DNA from: Schizochytrium sp. TIO01
Taxonomy: Eukaryota; Protista; Bigyra: Labyrinthulomycetes
Length of the DNA stretch: 64,000 nucleotides
NCBI GenBank assembly: GCA_004764695.1
Contig: SMSO01000036.1
Location: forward strand, 2,480,001-2,544,000
Reading direction: 5' to 3'
Part shown: positions 44,283 to 56,200 of the stretch, piece by piece
How positions within the stretch are numbered: position 1 is the stretch's first letter
How the letters are laid out: every line of letters begins with the position of its first letter
Made by a program: the position numbers and the translations under genes
The notes under the pieces: model-generated
Seen by the model: the letters and a program-made list of their open reading frames with translations, nothing else
Databases searched by the model: none
What the model was told of the DNA's origin: nothing

Positions 44283-46588
44283 ATGGCAGGCGACGAGTTG
44301 GGCAGCAAACTACCCAGCAGCTTGCCAAGCCTGGACAGCATTGGAGATGGCTCTGTTCTGAGCAGTGATGGGGAAGATGTAGATGCTGACTTGATTATTG
44401 ATGATGATGATGAGGTAAGTTGAGGTGGATATGATAAGGTACGGGTGTCTGTCAGAAAACTAACCAGCTGGTTAACTGTATTTGTGCGTGGATGCATTTT
44501 AACGTGAGCAACCAAAAGGATGGATATGGTACTGATTCGTTTGAGGATGAAGTTAATCGCATAATTCAGGCAGATGTAGGACGACCTGCCTCAGCACGGC
44601 CAAGCTCAGCGAGGCCAGGTTCGGCTAGATCAGAGTCTGCACATGATACTCAGAGTCAGGAACTTGCGTTGCCCTACGAAGCCTCGGCAGAATTGAAACA
44701 GGCCAGCCCTGAGCAACCTGATACTGAGCAAGTCCCGCTTAATTTGCCATCTCCTTCGCCGACAACTGTAGAAGAAATTCCGAAGTTTCATCAGGAAGGC
44801 TCAAATGCTGAAAATGAAGAGAAACAGCTTGAGAGTAAAAGTATCACGTTTGCGCCAGGAAGTGCAATGAATTCTCAGGAGCCACATGCGCATGTGCCAG
44901 AGAAGCTTAAACATCCTAAGAACTTTGACTCGGACAAAGTAGCTAAGTTAAACTTCCCTGATCTGCCAGGCAGCACCAAAAATGATGATAAAGCTCCAAG
45001 GCTGTCGATTGAATTGGAGCCCTCACGAATCAAGGTAGAAACAATGAATATCGATACTGTAAAAGCCTCGCGACCGCGGAGCGCTCATTCTGGAAGTGTT
45101 CGGTCAAATGCTGCTCCTCCAAGCGATAACAAGCAGAGTAGATCAGCTAGAGGGCCTGCAAAGTTGGTACAGCCTAGTCGAAGAAAAAAGTCTTCGACTC
45201 AAGTGAGAACTGACCGCAATCAGAGTCAGTCCCCAAGAGATCCCCAGGTAGCATCTCCGAGTCCTCGCCGCCGCCCGAAATCATCTTATGGTGTAAGGAC
45301 CCCCCATGGGCATGCTCTTGAGCGAGCAGATAAGCGCAACGCTCAGCTTCTTGCGGAAAATTTATTATTAAAAGCTGAAGTGGAGAGATTAAATCGTTAC
45401 CAGCATCAACTTCCAGCAAACCAGCAACAACAACAAGAGGATCATACTGTTTATCCACAACAGACTGTTGATTTCCTCAAGCCCAGCTCAAACTGGGCAC
45501 TCCAAGTACCCATTCGTAGTACAGGAGAATACCGTGAACGTCCAAAGACTGCAGGCACCTTTCTTCTCAATGGAACTATGACGCCGCAAGAACGTACAGA
45601 GCTGGCGAAGCAGTTCAGCAGAGCGAGCAAACCAACTCGAGAAGATGCTCTTCGTCGTCGCGAGGCTTCCTGGGATTCCACTACTTCAGTACCACGCAAT
45701 CTTCTCTCGCGGTACCTTCCACCACCTATAAAGCAACCCCCCAATCATGTGCTTCAAGCTGCCAAGCCTGAAACCAAGCACCTATTACCTCGGCGACCAT
45801 CAAGACCTGCTACTGCGATGCCCAAGTCGAAACGAGGAAAGAGACTTGTTGCTTCTCTTGCAAATCCAAAAAGTGGAGGCAAACCACACCGACCTAGACA
45901 CGTAGAGAGGAACGACTTGTCTCGTAAAAAGGAAGCAGCTGACTTCGGGCCCCGCACAGGCTCTCCCCCGTTAAGACCAGCATACCTTGATGATACTGAG
46001 GCAAGCCCGAGGCATCATCGTTTAGAAAATTCTCAAGAATATGTGAACTGGACTCAACAAGGTCTATTTTTAGAGAGCTCAGAGCGTCTACGTGCTAGTT
46101 CGCGCGACATGTCTCAAATGGATGTACTCTTGCGAGCAATTGACAATCCAAAACACTTGAAAACTTCCTACGAACAGGCATGTGGACTAGTCGAGAAACT
46201 CTGGGCGGATTTATGCACAAATGACAAAGAGACGCAAGAGTTCCGAACAGAGTTTTTCGGAGAATGCTCTACTGGAAATTATGCGCATGTACTGTCATAC
46301 ATGACTCGTCTTACAAGTCTCCGCAACAAACTTTTGAATGTGTTTGAGCTCATCAAGCGTCGCGAGCGCCTTGTAGACTCAATGAGCAAGGTTCTCAATC
46401 CTTTAGACACTCGTCCACAGTCCCCAAGTCGAGTGACAAGCGCTGCCGAGGAAATGGTAGAATTAAGATCTTTAAATCACAGCGTTCTAGCGCTTATTTC
46501 AGAAATTTCAAGAGAAACTGGTGAACCTTTAGTATTACATGGTCTTAACTATGCTCACAAGGTCCGATGTGACCTGGTGCTTCCCTAA
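44283..46588 (+). CDS. Disordered basic/Ser-Pro-rich protein with a C-terminal helical domain resembling the CCDC87/MAP65-Ase1 family; exon 1 44283-44414, exon 2 from 44519 (or 44570) to 46588
   Basis: ATG 44283 exon ends GAG|GTAAGT; in-frame acceptors end at 44518 (AAG) and 44569 (CAG). The C-terminus LVEKLWADL...IKRRERL...TGEPLVLHGLNYAHKVRCD resembles my recollection of the CCDC87-type GEPVxFxGxxYxxKM motif. Confidence 0.7.
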
Positions 46589-47133
46589 ATTTCATCATTA
46601 TTATAGAAAATCTAAAGTATGCGGCATGACTTTTCAAATCTTTCTTGTTCCCTTGTTTGTATATGGATGTATTGCGTCCTTCATAAAAGGATAAGAAAAA
46701 GTGTAGATGATAATACTAGGTGCTCTCTGTCATAAAGAACATAACATCCATAAATGATGGAGAAGCAAAACATTATAAAAAGACTTCTTTACTCATTCAT
46801 TTTTTGAGTACGTCCAACTCACAATAAAACGATGAACATTCATTCATAAGACAGACAGACAGAAGTAAAAAGGAATGGGAAGCAAAGAAAGAAGAAATCA
46901 ACAAAAACAATAAATCAGAAAATTAAACAAACAATGAAACCAGGAGTAAAAAAGCAATCAAAGGGAAGAAGTAATACATACCTGTTCCCGAGGGGTTTTT
47001 ATTGTATAGTCATCGGGAAGTTCACCGATGAAAGAAGAAAAGTGAGAGTTGTGTAAGTGAAGAGGGTTATTAACCAGGGGAAAAAAAAGAAGAAGGGACA
47101 GCCTTCTTCTTTGTGGCAATCAATCCTCATCGT

Positions 47134-50100
47134 TTAAGGAGAATAGTGCGCTGTGGCATAGCGCGAAATGCGGTTAGTATTGCCGCGGGTTTTAGTGAGC
47201 TTTCTCCAATTACGCTCTTTCACCTTGGGTCCAACAGATTGTGTGGCTTCCTTTGTGGTGTCCTCGAGACGCTGGAGGTTGTCAATTTGGGCGGTGAGAA
47301 TGCGAACAAGCTGATCACGTTCCTCATGGGTGGCCAACCAGATCTGGACCTTGCCGATCATAGTCTGGATTGTTCGCCCAGAGTCAGCACGATGAAGATG
47401 CGTCTTATCATCACCCTCATCATGGTCGTGCTCATCGACAACTCGGGTTACGTAGGACATCACAAAACCAAAGCACTCAGCCTCGTCGGGTTCCTCAATA
47501 TTTTTAATGGAACACTTGTGGAGATCAGCGCGCAGAGTAATGGCCCCGGCCAGAGCGCGCAATGCACCATTGCTGCTGTGATGGCCGAAGGAGTTAGAAG
47601 AACCAGTGGTGGAACGGGAAGTGCGGGTAATGTGAGCACTAGCGGTGGACCCGCCACCGGAGCTACGCTTATCAGATTCAGTACTGTGCGTGCTTTTGGA
47701 GGATGTACGACGAAATAGGTTCATCTTGCTATGAAGAGATGAGGTAGTCGTACGCTTGGAACCAGCGGTGGATTTCTTCAAGCTCTTCTTCGAGTGCAAA
47801 CGACGAAGGCTGCCAGATCCGGAACCATGGTAACCAACAGGTTGATGCATAGCAAAGACCAGGTGGTCGTTGAACATGTAAAGGCGGTGCTGAATAGGCT
47901 CCTCTAAGTCCTCAAAAGGTGGCTGGCGCAAAAGGATCTCGAAGTTATCGACAAAACGACGGCTAGGAGCAATGAGACCAGGAACAGCAGTTTCTCCTCC
48001 GAGCTCGGTGTACACTTGCATCATCTTGCCAAGGTTCTCTTGCTCGCCGACCTTTTGGTCCACTGACTTGGCAATTTTGTCAACAGTAGACATGGCATTA
48101 GAAAGCTCCTTGACGAGCTCATCGAGGTTGTCCACGTCAGCTCCTGCAAGGATCTCATCGTTTACATAGGGTACAACGGACTTTAGAAGCGCCTGGAAGA
48201 GCAGAGGGTATTTGCAAATACGCTGCACAGGCTTGATGAGAAGGTGCATGAGCGAGGTGTGGGTTTTGGCCTCCCTTTGCTTAATGAGGTCGTCAAGGGT
48301 CTTATTCTTGAGTCTAGAACGAAGGAGCTTGTCCTGTGCAGCGGTGTATTGGTGGCAGTAAAGCGAGTAGATTCTAAAAAAGGGCATGACGCGGGTGAAT
48401 GCCGGAGCAAAGATGCGTACAAGGTCGGTAATGGTAACGTTTTCAACTCCCCTTGAATCAACAGCCTCTTGAACCTTGCCATTGAGAACATCGAGGAGCT
48501 CGGCGTTCACCTTCACAAGCATTTCAAGATTGATAAAGATTTCACGAATCTCATGGGCTTCGAGAATTGGTGTTGTGTCACGGCTCATCTTATGGCAAGT
48601 CAAACGAGGTTGATGGTGCTCGCAAAAGGTAGACCCGGCAGTGACATCCTTGCACCGCACGTGATGCACAGTGCGGCGAATAGGCAGCAAGTAGTCACCA
48701 ACAATGACACGCAGGTCGCGCACATAATCACATTCTGTTTTGAAGATCTCCCCGAGGGTATTGGCACAGGCACGCACATGATCCGACTCGGAGTTAGCAA
48801 GGTATTCGAATACGTCAGTAGTATCCTCGTCTGTGGCGCGCTCTGTGCCTGTTTTACGATACATGGATTCAAGCTCATCTAGAGAGATGATTCTGGTGCC
48901 AAAGCTTCTGTTATGGCGGCGGCGCATCCAAGAACGTTGACCGTCACTCGCACCTGAATCAGATCGATCCATTGTGCGTCGGGCAGTGCGTGTGGAAGCA
49001 CGTCCCGCACGAGCAGTAGATGCAGCACGACGTGCAGAGGCACGTTGTTTACGTGCTTCAGCGCGCTGAATGTGGGAGTTGACTGTGAAGTTGCGCATGA
49101 ACTTGAGCTCAACCGGCCGGGGAGCGGACTTGATCACTTCGACGGCATCGCGCCATGGCATGTCCAGGGTGATTTCAGTATCGCCAATTTTGATTAGGCG
49201 ATCACCAATCTCAACCCCTCCGAACTCGGCCATGCTATGATCTGCGAGGCGGCCTACAATGACGCCAAGCCCGGCGCTAGAGCTTAGGGAAAATCCCATG
49301 GGACCTTCGCCAAAGACAACTGTGAACTCAGCCTCATGGCGGTCCTCGTCTTTCACATTCACTTTGTAGCGGCTCTCAAGGTCTGACAAAGAAAGACCAG
49401 AGTCACTTTCGTGTCCCCCATCGGTACTGCCCGAGGCGGCGGAGAAACGACGATGACCTCCGTCGTCGCTGTCTTCGGAGACGGCGGAGGCTCCACTGGA
49501 TGCGAGAGTTCGGCGTGAAGAATTGTGTCTTCGGATGTTCCGCTTTGCCTTAGCCCAGCTGCGAATTGGGGCACCATCAGTGGTTGTGGACTCTGTTGCA
49601 GAGCTTGCATCACTTACACTGCCGTCTTGAATGTGGCTTGCCTCAACTTCTTCATGTGAGGCATGCGTTTGCTCAATCTGTTCGTCAATGATCTCGAAGA
49701 GCTCGTCAGCTTGCTCAGCAGAACTGCACCAGACTTCAACCATATCGATCCGGGTGGCGGGCTTACCCTTGGCATCGCGAGCGCGGTAAACATGAGTAAG
49801 TTGGAATCCGCCTTCGTGGTGATTTGATGATGCTCGCTTAATGGTACATTTCTCGAGGTCAAGGCGATGTGTGAGCTTGTATGGTGCTGGCCCGGAGGCA
49901 TCAGATGCGACAGAGCGCTCCTCAGATGCCCTCCTGCCTCCCGAGCTGGAGGAGAGACGGCGTGAGATACGCTTGCCTTGGTTTGCGAGGGTACTGAGCC
50001 ATTTGTTTGAAGAAGACGTTTCTCCACTTGGTGTGAGGTTGTTGGCGTCGTCAGCGATAATAAGGACGTCGCGAAAGAGAAAAAGATTGGACGGGTGGCA

Positions 50101-50268
50101 TTTGTTGGCACTGAAGGGAGCGATCTTTACATCAACAGACTCTTGACGAATGAAGCGACGGTACGGTGTGACAAGATCATGAATCTTTACTTCCCTCTCT
50201 GCACCAAGTGCTTTGTATACCCTGAGAACCTGCGCGAGCTCGTCAATGTCATCAGACCATTCTGCCAT
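47134..50268 (-). CDS. Dbl-family Rho GEF with PH-PDZ-DH-PH architecture, 1044 aa
   Basis: PDZ (FGEGPMGFSL..GVEIGDRLIKIG..AVEVIKSAPRPVELKF), DH (EIFKTECDYVRDL, IFINLE, YSLYCHQY, LLIKPVQRICKYPLLF), and PH domains (LFLFRDVLII, LYMFNDHLVF). Confidence 0.92.
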   Translation of the reverse strand: MAEWSDDIDELAQVLRVYKALGAEREVKIHDLVTPYRRFIRQESVDVKIAPFSANKCHPSNLFLFRDVLIIADDANNLTPSGETSSSNKWLSTLANQGKRISRRLSSSSGGRRASEERSVASDASGPAPYKLTHRLDLEKCTIKRASSNHHEGGFQLTHVYRARDAKGKPATRIDMVEVWCSSAEQADELFEIIDEQIEQTHASHEEVEASHIQDGSVSDASSATESTTTDGAPIRSWAKAKRNIRRHNSSRRTLASSGASAVSEDSDDGGHRRFSAASGSTDGGHESDSGLSLSDLESRYKVNVKDEDRHEAEFTVVFGEGPMGFSLSSSAGLGVIVGRLADHSMAEFGGVEIGDRLIKIGDTEITLDMPWRDAVEVIKSAPRPVELKFMRNFTVNSHIQRAEARKQRASARRAASTARAGRASTRTARRTMDRSDSGASDGQRSWMRRRHNRSFGTRIISLDELESMYRKTGTERATDEDTTDVFEYLANSESDHVRACANTLGEIFKTECDYVRDLRVIVGDYLLPIRRTVHHVRCKDVTAGSTFCEHHQPRLTCHKMSRDTTPILEAHEIREIFINLEMLVKVNAELLDVLNGKVQEAVDSRGVENVTITDLVRIFAPAFTRVMPFFRIYSLYCHQYTAAQDKLLRSRLKNKTLDDLIKQREAKTHTSLMHLLIKPVQRICKYPLLFQALLKSVVPYVNDEILAGADVDNLDELVKELSNAMSTVDKIAKSVDQKVGEQENLGKMMQVYTELGGETAVPGLIAPSRRFVDNFEILLRQPPFEDLEEPIQHRLYMFNDHLVFAMHQPVGYHGSGSGSLRRLHSKKSLKKSTAGSKRTTTSSLHSKMNLFRRTSSKSTHSTESDKRSSGGGSTASAHITRTSRSTTGSSNSFGHHSSNGALRALAGAITLRADLHKCSIKNIEEPDEAECFGFVMSYVTRVVDEHDHDEGDDKTHLHRADSGRTIQTMIGKVQIWLATHEERDQLVRILTAQIDNLQRLEDTTKEATQSVGPKVKERNWRKLTKTRGNTNRISRYATAHYSP

Positions 50269-53200
50269 TCTCGATGACGAGAAAAAACGCGAAATTTTTC
50301 AACTCCAGATGTATGAGCCGACCTCGCAGCGATCCTTTCGCCCACTAGCCAGGTTCAATCTACAGCACGATTTATAAAATAGGTCTTTGAGCAATCAATG
50401 CGGAGCAGGACCTTTCGCTTGTGTTGACCCAGTGAGGAGTTGAGCGCAGATTTGAGATTACCTACAAGGTACAGCCCAAGCTTGATGACGGTTGCTTTGC
50501 TTGATTGATTGAAGGGGGGGTTGAGCTAGCTTTTATTTTGCCCACGTAAGCTGCAAGCTGAGTGAATTGTTTTTATCTCAACAGCTTAAATACCAGCGGC
50601 GATTAGGTACGGATGCAGATATATATCTGTATGCGTGTATATATATATATTGTCTGCTCTAGGTGGGAGGAGCCAGGCTGAGATGCGATTCCGAAAGCAG
50701 GAAGAGGGTGCCTTGTAGCTGCCCTGATGCCTCGTGCACGTGAGTTTTTACTTGTGTGATGTAGCTCGAAGGAAGAAATGAAGGAAGAAGGGCTTGAGGA
50801 TCAGCGGCACTTCGCTGGAATTTCTTCGTTCTAGCCAGACAATATATTGAAAACTGCTAAGTAAAGACAGACGCACGCCGGGAACACAAGACTCCTGGCC
50901 GAAGTTGAAAAGCTGGCGAATATATATGACGGTGATGGCTAGATCGCCTTGATGGAGCGGTCAGCGCGGCTAGAGTATCTACGCTACTGAAAGCCAAAGC
51001 CACAGAACGAGAGAGCACACAGAATAGAAAGGAAGAAAGGAGGCTCTCTATGTAAATTATATGAAGAATGCAGAAATGTAGACGGGCACAGAGCTCGCGA
51101 CGGAATCAACCGCCTTCTCCGCAAGGCAACCTCGTGGCTGCTGGTTCTCCAGAGCTTATGCGAGAGATAGGCTTTGGCGTGAGAGAAGAAGGGCGGAGTA
51201 GATGAGGAGGAGGAGCGCCCCTTCTTCTACTCTTTCTTCTTCTTTGAAAGAGTGATGTCCTCGATCGGCACGTGGCGGCTGCGGCTTCGGCTTCTTCAGC
51301 CGGACTGCCACCGCTGCTTCTGCTGCTTCTGCCTGGGCTTTGCGATTCTGTCGGCCGGGATGGGGCACTCTCGCACGCAGGTCCTGGGCGGCGGGAGGCG
51401 ATGGAGTTTGCTGCGTGGCCAAGCCCCGACGCGGTGTTGCGGTGCGAAGTGAATTTAATTTGTTTTGATGAAGCAATTCTCAACTAAAAAAATAAACACT
51501 TTTATTTTATTTTTATCTCCATCTAAAAACCTTTTTAAATATATAAATAAAAAAGTATTTTTGTTAAGAGCTTATGGATAGAAAGAAAACAAAGGAAGAA
51601 AAGAAACGTCCTACTGTAAACATTATACAGGTTACCAAGGCGTAGTCGCGCGCTATTTCTAAAGTTCTGCGCTTGTAAAAGTCGACTATGTAGAAGAAAC
51701 TTCAAGTTACTTTGTTGAAAGGATTAGCAAGGTTAGTTTCTAGTTGGGCCTGGGAGAGCCCCTGTACTCGCGTTCGCGGCGTAAGTGAAGGACAGCCGCG
51801 GCCGGGAGCTTGCGTTGATGCTCATCTTAGAGTCTGAAGAAGCTGCTTCAAATGTTACCCTTTTAGTTTTCTTTTGTCCTGGCGTTGCCAAATCAGGTCT
51901 TTGCGGCACGTGAACGTACAAGACTCTACTAAATGTGCAAATACTACAATATGATACACCATGTCGGCGTCGAAGTGCACCACGTCACGTGCGAATTGAA
52001 CGCGCGCCAAGATCCTGCTGTTCCTTTCACCTTAAAACAATGCTATTTTCATCACAAAACTCGACTTTTATTAAGGCTCATATGTAAATCGTGGGATGGC
52101 GCCAGCATGAGAGAAAGAGGAAAAAGAAAGAGGGAAAAGAAAGTATGAAAAAAAACGAAAAAAGAAGTAAGCACATAGGCAAGCGCTTGATTGTTGTTCT
52201 CCTCTTCGCGAAGCCCTATCTATTATGCTACTACATAAACTTATTGAATAAGAGGGGCCTGGCAAGAAATTATCATTCACCAGATAGGAAGTTGAACATG
52301 GTAGGTATTTATTTGAAAAAAGAAAAAGAAAAAAAAAGGGTTGGGATGGGGATGTTCTACTAATACTACTCCTATTGTTTGCTATAGATGTTTCATTATA
52401 AAGAAAACCGAAGATTTCGGAAGCGACGCACGTTTTTTCCCTCTTTTCTTCTTTCCTTCATTCCATAATTATGTGGTTTTCGAAAGTTCCAGCCGCAATC
52501 AAAAACTATGAAAAGAATACCTTTCTACGCAGTAGTCAGGTACCTACCTATCTACGTAGCTGATCTGAAAGAGCTTTGGAGTATCGCAATTGATCGCCAG
52601 CATCGGTTGCAAGGTTTTATAGTTTTCAAGCCTTGTATACACCAATACAGCCTTTAAGTAGGTACGAAAGTAGAGAATATATCGGCCTTCATACGAGTGA
52701 ACTACTGCGTTGAAGGACCAACTTGAGACTTTGAGAACTTTAAACATTATGAGCCATGACGTACAGAATTCAGATCAAAGATGCAGGGCAGAAAGCTCAA
52801 TTGCATTGCCTGAATCTCATCTGTACTTGCAGTAGTTCTCATTGTCAATCGGTTAACTCCTTCCCTTTTTATAGTTGGGGAGCAGGAGTAATTTAGTACC
52901 AGTTGTTAACAACATCTATTACTGCTTACCTAGTTAGAGCTCTTAATTTGTTTCATTTTTAAAATTCCATAAAGTAGGATTAATAGAAATATAGTCTACT
53001 ATATTTTGTTTTAACATGTTATGTTTTTCAATGCTCGAGTTCTTCCTGCCGAAGCTGCGCGTGTCTCACAATCGAGTTTCCCTCGCCCGTTTGGTTCAAG
53101 CACCAGCTTTTTCTGCTCGGACCTCTTCATTCGAGTTTGAGCTCATTCATACCCTCGCGCCCATCTGCTTGCATAGCTTAGTGGTCCTCTCCGAGCTTTC

Positions 53201-56200
53201 TTGCATTTTCTAGCCTTGGCGAACTTTGACAAGGAATGCGATATTTGCTCACTTGAGAGCAAACAACTTTGTCACCATAGATAGCGATGATTGGCTGTCA
53301 AAATCATGCTCGATCATTTAATTCTACACTACGTAGGCACTAAGGCAGCTAACATCTCGTCGTGAGCGCGGCCTTCACTATGGTCCATCATTTGGCCTTA
53401 GTTCTCCACCCGAGTCCTCATCATGATTTTTTAGAGCTACCAAACACAAGCACGCAAGCAAATTGCAATCAAAATACAACCAACCTCAGAGACCATGAGC
53501 TCAGCTTGAGTGCAGTAGGCATTATCATCAATCATCGTGATGCATGATCTTCTTCTTTTGCAGCTTTCTGGGAAGGTTTTCACTGCGCTCGATTGTCCGA
53601 GACCTGGTAGCGGATCTAACTTAGGAAGCAGCAAAGAAGCGCACACTGCCGCTCTCTCTCAACCCTTACCGTTTGCGCTAGCGGTGCCTAGCGCCTAGAG
53701 GGAAGGAGCCCTCTCGCTCTTGGTACCTGCTGCGCTGGCAATGCTCCTGTAGATCGAGGCGGGCCGCTCTCGGGGGTCTATTTTACTGCTCTTAATGAGG
53801 GCGCGATCAAAGCTCCGATTCATGATCGATATGCTCATCGTGAGGCACCACCTGTATTAAAGGCTGTTGATCATCATGGATGAGGAAACTAACGAAACAG
53901 TCAGCAGCTGAAGAACCCGTCTCTCGAAAGATGGCCTTGGAATGGTTTGGTTTTGAAGGGATCGATTGAATTGCAGCGATATCCACCATCTTTTTAAGTT
54001 GGGGGATCTTGAACTGACTGACTGGCGTGATTCGAGCGAGAATCGATAGGAACAGGTTACAGTATCGTCAGCATTTCAACTCGGGTTGTTGGAGTGAAGT
54101 TCGCTGCGGATGGAGAACCCCAAAAGTCCAAAATCTGAAGGAGGGTTTCTGCCAGAGATGTTCAAATGCCATTTCCACACTGCTGCCAGAGGTTTGAGAC
54201 TATGGGTTGAGGGAGGCTCTGGAGTACTATTTCGAGCCCAATTTTTTTTTTATACCTTTCAAGTTCTTTTATATATTATATATATATTAATTTTATATTA
54301 TAAATTTAATGATTTTGTTTATGTTATTTAATTTTCAAGGGTATCTAGAAATAATAAGTAAACTGGAGATGAGCTCCGTCCAATAGTTGCTTACAGGCTG
54401 GGCACATTTAGGTGAGGATGTTGGCACTCGTAGCACCAAAGCCGCTGCGCACTACAATGCAGATGGATAGCCAGGTTATCAACCGTTTCCCAACTCGTAA
54501 TGACCAACACCGTTAATTCCGAGTCTGTTATTCTTCCTTCGTGGAAAAGGAACTTCAAGGAGGAAGAAAGCAGAAGAAAGCAAATTTCTTTTCCAGAATT
54601 AGGGAAGAAAATGACAAGCAGGGGTGTTATCGTCATCAATCGGAGAGCGAGATGAGCCGATCAGCCGGTCCTAAGGCAGACCCGCTGAGGTGGAGCATGA
54701 CCGATTGACGAAAGCGTCCAGAGAAAACTAAACCGATTGAGGGTCAATTTCGGACATAGCAATATTATTCTAATTGAAATGAAGTTATCTTTTTCTTTTT
54801 CTTTTTCTTTTTTTTAAAATTAAATTTAACGTTAAAAAAAATATCTTTTTAAATTAATTAAAAAAGAACAATTAAAAAAAACAAAAAAACATAGTAGGCC
54901 TATACTAATTAAACTAATAATTGCGCACCATGAGGAATTACAAATGATATTGAGGATTAGAATGGTTTGGGAAAACGAAATGCCGCCCCCAAAAAAACAG
55001 CGATAGAGACCATTTGAAGCACAATTGCCTTAAGCTGACTAAAGACGTAGGTAGGTACCTACAATCTTGGAGATATTCTGAGGCCTCAAAGCGAAGGACA
55101 CGGGAGGTACGAAGAAGTCTCCGAGTTACGAGGGTATACCAAAACTGAAGAGCGAGAAAGAGCCTCAAAACTTCGAGTGTGCTCGGTTTGGATTGATTGC
55201 AGAAAGACAGGAAGGCGAATCTCTGAGATCCGTGCGTAATTAAAACGCACCAGCACACAAGAACCCGAGCTAGCTAGTACGTGGAGAGGTTCTGCAACAA
55301 GCTTAAAGTTGGCGAAGGTAGTACGAGTTTAATTTTGCCAGTTCGCATATTCTGGGACAGCTGTCCTCTCAAAGTCTTGAGCGTCGTAGTTGCTATATTG
55401 TGTCGCTCAATTCACAATTGTCGTGAGGTCACTTGTGCTCACTAACGATCGAATGTAAATAGGATTGTGTACTCCACGGCTTCAAGTTCAACTCCTTTTA
55501 GGTACTCGTAGCATGATGCTCGTGCCGATTGTTTGCAGCACCCTCTCTCGCGCAGCTCAAGACACGCGAAGCGTCATTAAAATCATGCAATCAATGCTTC
55601 ATCACGAATCATGAAGGACATGCCGGCTCTGTGTTAAACAAAGTGCCTGCTATTCAAAGTCAGAGTCCTTCGAGTTCTTTTTCAGGCTTAATACAGGGCA
55701 ATCCAAGCTCATCCCATGAAGAAAAGTCGGCAAAGTAAGTTGCCTCGATTATGGTGATGATAGTGGTGATGACTTGAAGATAAGAGGTAATGCGTTTTTG
55801 GCTGAGCGGGCTCTAAGATCTCCCTTCCGGACAGAAGGAAGATCTCTTTTCGCCAACGTTTCGAGTGCCGCACACGTACCCAAAGAATGAGAACTTTCTG
55901 CGGCTCCATTTCAATCCTTTCTTTATTTTATTTTTTAAAATTAAAAATTAATATGTATATTTAATATTGATATATTGTAGCAAGTAAGTTTATAGCTGGC
56001 AATGTTATTTTTGTTGTTGTTTAAGCGCCAGGAAATAGAGAGAATAAGACGCTCTCCTCCTCTCTTGATCGCAACACTGAATACAGTGAAGGGATTTAGC
56101 CGTAAGATAGCAATCGATTCGATTTCAGGAGACAACTTGAACTTGAAGATAGGGCCTTGCGCTCAAGGGTTTCCATGAAGCAAGTCTTTTACAGCTTGAA

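Noticed and set aside
53807-53989. 60-aa minus-strand ORF ending HESEL (ER-retention-like)
   Set aside because: No signal peptide or domain, and its length is within chance expectation.
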